Shown piece by piece: positions 60,690 through 64,000 of a DNA stretch of 64,000 nucleotides (position 1 is its first letter; each line of letters opens with the position of its first letter). Where the stretch lies: IMG/VR virus record IMGVR_UViG_2061766007_000872, one strand, 5' to 3'. The notes beneath the pieces are model-generated. The model was not told where the DNA came from and did no database searches. It saw nothing but the letters and a program-made list of their open reading frames with translations. Origin of the DNA: an uncultured virus (IMG/VR IMGVR_UViG_2061766007_000872) (taxonomy: Duplodnaviria; Heunggongvirae; Uroviricota; Caudoviricetes). The position numbers and the translations under genes were made by a program.

Positions 60690-61838
60690 ATGATTTTACA
60701 AGTAGAAAAATTTCAAGAAGTTTGTAAATATATTGCAAGTGCAGTTGATACAGACAGCACATTAAAGAATCTTGCATTTATTGATGCAGTTGAATTAGTG
60801 GCAAAAGATAAAGAATTAAGATTAAATGTTACTAACGGTGAATACTATGTCTCAGTTTCTTTACCTTTAGAAGAAGAATCTTCAATGAGAGCAGTTGTTG
60901 ATGCAAAATTATTCTTAGCATTAATTAGCAAGATTACAACAAAGTCAGTTGAATTAGAAACAGTTGATAATGCACTTGTTGTTAAAGCAAATGGTACATA
61001 CAAATTCCCATTAAAATTTGATGTTGACTCCATGTTGACTTTACCAAGAATTGAAATTAATAATCCAACATCAACATTTAAAGTTAATGGTGAAACATTG
61101 GTTTCTATTCTAGACAACAACACAAGAGAAGTTAATCCATTATCAGCAGCAAAGAAATGTAGATATTACTATCTTGATAATGAAGGTTGTTTAACATTCG
61201 TTTCAGATGCCTCTAGTGCATGTGTCAATAACTTTAAATTAGACACAACAGTTAAACTTATGCTTACAACTAAGTTGGTTAAGTTATTCAAATTATTCAA
61301 GAGTGGTGATGTTGATGTTACTTTAGGTTTTGAAGAAGTTAGTGGTGTTGCTCAAACAAGAGTTAGATTTGCTCAAGATGATGTTGAAGTTACATCAATC
61401 TTACAAAATGACCAAGCATTAATTAGTTCAGTTCCAGCAACTGCTATTAGAAATGTTGCAAATCAAGTGTTTGAAAATACAATCTCTTTTGACAAGAAAG
61501 AATTCATGGATGCTATTGATAGATTACTCTTATTAGATACATCTATCTCACTTAATAAAGGTGTTGGTATTCTTTCATTTGCAGAAACATGTGTCACACT
61601 CTATGACCATAGAAGAGCAAATAACAAAGATGACATGGCTTCAAATAGTGAAGTTATTACATACATGGCAGGTACTGTTGACACACCATGCACACTCAAT
61701 TTAAGATTAGATAAGATTAGAGAGATTCTCATGGGCACAGATGCTCAAACATTTAACTTATGTTTTGGTAATACAAAAGCAGTTTCAATCACATTTGGTA
61801 ATGTGAGAAATGTTCTTTCTCAATCAAGAATTCATTAA
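60690..61838 (+). CDS. DNA polymerase sliding clamp (DnaN/beta-clamp-like)
   Basis: ~380 aa alpha/beta pattern like the beta clamp (L.LNVTNGE...VDAKLF..LISKI...FDKKEFMDAIDR); follows polA. Confidence 0.65.
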   Translation: MILQVEKFQEVCKYIASAVDTDSTLKNLAFIDAVELVAKDKELRLNVTNGEYYVSVSLPLEEESSMRAVVDAKLFLALISKITTKSVELETVDNALVVKANGTYKFPLKFDVDSMLTLPRIEINNPTSTFKVNGETLVSILDNNTREVNPLSAAKKCRYYYLDNEGCLTFVSDASSACVNNFKLDTTVKLMLTTKLVKLFKLFKSGDVDVTLGFEEVSGVAQTRVRFAQDDVEVTSILQNDQALISSVPATAIRNVANQVFENTISFDKKEFMDAIDRLLLLDTSISLNKGVGILSFAETCVTLYDHRRANNKDDMASNSEVITYMAGTVDTPCTLNLRLDKIREILMGTDAQTFNLCFGNTKAVSITFGNVRNVLSQSRIH

Positions 61839-61843
61839 GGTAG

Positions 61844-62299
61844 GTGATTTATATGCCAGACGGTTTATTTGATTTATTCAGTGAAGATGAACTTCAAGAA
61901 GACAAGAAGTATACAACAAAGGTAAATATTCCACAATATCTTCCAAGTGCTGATTGTCCTAGGATTGATAGTCTAATTGATTTAACTAAATATAGAGAAT
62001 TAGTTAGAAATATCAATGCATCAAATGTTAGTGATGCAGAAAAAGAATTCCTTAGATATGCTGCAGCAAGACATATTGTATTTACATATTCAAAGATTGC
62101 AGATTACTATGCTCATGCAACTCCAGAGATGCAAAAACTCATGGAACAAAGTGCATTAGTTATCATTGATATGGATGATGCTATTGCCAATGGCTATGTC
62201 AAGTTATCTAAGAATATTGAAAAGATTATGAAAGATACTGGTAGACCAGTCAAAGAAGAGTTTTATAATCAAACAACCGGTAAAAAAGGTGAACAATAA
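61844..62299 (+). CDS. Hypothetical protein coupled to the glycosyltransferases
   Basis: TAATG overlap with the next gene; YTTKV..PQY...AAARH...IADYYAHA. Confidence 0.7.
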   Translation: MIYMPDGLFDLFSEDELQEDKKYTTKVNIPQYLPSADCPRIDSLIDLTKYRELVRNINASNVSDAEKEFLRYAAARHIVFTYSKIADYYAHATPEMQKLMEQSALVIIDMDDAIANGYVKLSKNIEKIMKDTGRPVKEEFYNQTTGKKGEQ

Positions 62300-63153
62300 T
62301 GGTAAGAGATAGTTTTGCTATATTTATCTTAACACATGGTAGACCAGATAAAGTCTTAACTTTAACTCTTCTTGAAAAGTGTAATTATACAGGTAAATGG
62401 TATCTTGTTATTGATAATGAAGACAAGACAGCAGATAGATACTATGAACTTTATGGTAAAGAACATGTTGTCATGTTTGATAAGTTAAAGAAAGCACAAG
62501 AATTTGATACCTGTGATATTTTATCAAGAGATAGAAGAGCAATTGTTTATGCGAGAAACGCAGCATTTGATATTGCAGAAAATCTCGGCTTAACTTATTT
62601 CTTAGAACTTGATGATGACTACACAGAATTTAGAATGAGATATGACCTCAATGGTGTCTTCTCATCTTTATATGTCACACAATTAGACCCACTTATTGAA
62701 GAAACACTTGACTTCTTAGATACAAGTGGTGCACTTACAGTAGCATGGGCTCAAACTGGTGACTTCATTGGTGGCATGGGCTCAAGAGTTTATAAAGAGA
62801 GATTGACAAGAAAAGCCATGAACTCATTCTTCTGCAGAGTTGATAGAAGATTTGACTTTGTTGGTAGAATTAATGAAGATGTTAATACATATACTTGGAG
62901 AGGTACAAGAGGTGAATTGTTTTTTACAATTGCAGATATGTCGTTGAATCAACAAGACTCACAACAAAATAGTGGTGGTATGACAGAGTTGTATTTAAAT
63001 GCAGGTACATATGTCAAGTCATTCTATTCAGTTATTGTTGCTCCTTCTTGTGTTAAGATTGCAGAAATGGGTTGTGGCCATAGAAGAATTCACCACTTAG
63101 TTGATTGGGAAACATGTACTCCAAAGATTATAAGTAGTAGATTTAAAAAATAA
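62299..63153 (+). CDS. GT-A fold glycosyltransferase (TET-associated/GREB1-like family), putative DNA modification
   Basis: ILTHGR, ARN, LELDDDY (DxD), GRINED motifs. Confidence 0.7.
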   Translation: MVRDSFAIFILTHGRPDKVLTLTLLEKCNYTGKWYLVIDNEDKTADRYYELYGKEHVVMFDKLKKAQEFDTCDILSRDRRAIVYARNAAFDIAENLGLTYFLELDDDYTEFRMRYDLNGVFSSLYVTQLDPLIEETLDFLDTSGALTVAWAQTGDFIGGMGSRVYKERLTRKAMNSFFCRVDRRFDFVGRINEDVNTYTWRGTRGELFFTIADMSLNQQDSQQNSGGMTELYLNAGTYVKSFYSVIVAPSCVKIAEMGCGHRRIHHLVDWETCTPKIISSRFKK

Positions 63154-63154
63154 T

Positions 63155-64000
63155 ATGAGAAATGATTTTGCAGTATTCATTCTTTCTCATGGTAGACCAG
63201 ATAAGGTTGTTACATTAAAAACACTTAAAAGAATTGGCTATACTGGAAAGTATTATATTGTACTTGATGATGAAGATAAAACTTTACAAGAGTATAAAAA
63301 TACTTTTGGTGAAGACCATATTCTTTTATTTAATAAAGACAAAGTTGAACAATCATTTGATACCATGGATAATCTAAGCAACAAGAAAGTTGTTGTATAT
63401 GCCAGAAACGTTTGTTTTGATTTTGCAAGACAATTAGGTCTAAAATACTTTCTTGAATTAGATGATGATTATGTTAGATTAGAGTTAAGAACTGAAGAAT
63501 GTGGGAAATTGCTTACAACAGAACTGAGGAACGCTGATTCAATATTTGAATGTATGTTAGACTTTTTAGAAGATTCCAAAGCCCTATCAGTTGCTTTTGC
63601 ACAAGGTGGAGATTTGATTGGTGGTCTTGGAGGAACAATGTGGAAAGTTAAACTCAAAAGAAAAGCAATGAATTCCTTTTTCTGCAAGACGGATAGACCA
63701 TTCTCATTTATAGGAAGAATCAATGAGGATGTTAATACATATACAACTTTAGGTTCTAGAGGTAATTTATTCTTCACAATAGCAAATATAGATTTAATTC
63801 AAGCACCAACACAAGCACATGATGGTGGCATGAGTGATGTCTATCTTGACTCTGGAACTTATCTAAAATCATTTTATACAATTATGTCAATGCCATCATG
63901 TGTATCAATTGATATGATGGGAGAACAACATAGAAGAATACATCATAAAGTAGATTGGGAAACTTGTGTTCCTAAGATTATTAGTGGGAGATTTAAAAAT
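63155..64000 (+). CDS. Second paralogous glycosyltransferase (stop lies beyond the window; missing from the ORF track)
   Basis: MRNDFAVFILSHGRPD...ARN...LELDDDY...GRINEDVNTY...PKIISGRFKN, open to the end of the window. Confidence 0.75.
   Translation, partial: MRNDFAVFILSHGRPDKVVTLKTLKRIGYTGKYYIVLDDEDKTLQEYKNTFGEDHILLFNKDKVEQSFDTMDNLSNKKVVVYARNVCFDFARQLGLKYFLELDDDYVRLELRTEECGKLLTTELRNADSIFECMLDFLEDSKALSVAFAQGGDLIGGLGGTMWKVKLKRKAMNSFFCKTDRPFSFIGRINEDVNTYTTLGSRGNLFFTIANIDLIQAPTQAHDGGMSDVYLDSGTYLKSFYTIMSMPSCVSIDMMGEQHRRIHHKVDWETCVPKIISGRFKN

Noticed and set aside
3313..63777. Many short minus-strand and alternate-frame ORFs in the track (e.g. 3313..3681, 8696..9082, 19322..19792, 63469..63777)
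   Set aside because: They are shadows of long + strand genes (Ser/Phe-rich mirrors of GAA/GAT codons) with no RBS or promoter.
1..64000. Stop-codon reassignment
   Set aside because: Long conserved genes read through in code 11, Trp is TGG, and TAA, TAG and TGA all end genes at sensible coupled junctions.
1..64000. CRISPR array, integrase, transposase, intein or DGR
   Set aside because: No regularly spaced repeat-spacer units, no recombinase or RT motifs, and no obvious insertions in PolA, DnaB or NrdD.

Overview
A 64 kb segment of a large, AT-rich, standard-genetic-code tailed phage genome with a contractile (myovirus, T4-like) tail. The host is probably an anaerobic low-GC Bacillota/Mollicutes-type bacterium; this is inferred from the class III RNR, sigmaA promoters, a lipoprotein and the initiator-tRNA stem. 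Almost all genes are on the + strand. (i) 1-19.9 kb: very acidic multi-module proteins punctuated by a recurring E-S-L-x-E/L-x-E motif and carrying ADP-ribosyltransferase-, nucleotidyltransferase- and ferritin-like modules. These look like protease-processed internal head polyproteins. (ii) 9.5-13.7 kb: an RNA island inside that block, with tRNA-fMet, a ~670 nt and a ~1.6 kb densely structured non-coding region, and a collagen-repeat lipoprotein. (iii) 13.8-39.7 kb: neck, sheath, tube, chaperone, tape measure, baseplate and fibre genes. A conserved TGCTAAATT-WAATGATA motif (11 copies, 3-42 kb; candidate late promoter) precedes head, RNA and tail units. (iv) 39.8-44.7 kb: SNF2 helicase, glutaredoxin, NrdD/NrdG. 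(v) 45-57 kb: small early genes with paralogue arrays, a sigma-like protein and DnaC/DnaB/DnaG-like genes. (vi) 57-64 kb: SSB, family A DNA polymerase, beta-clamp-like protein and two tandem glycosyltransferases that probably modify DNA. Several ORFs are split only by N-gaps. All protein calls come from motif recognition by eye; no searches were run.
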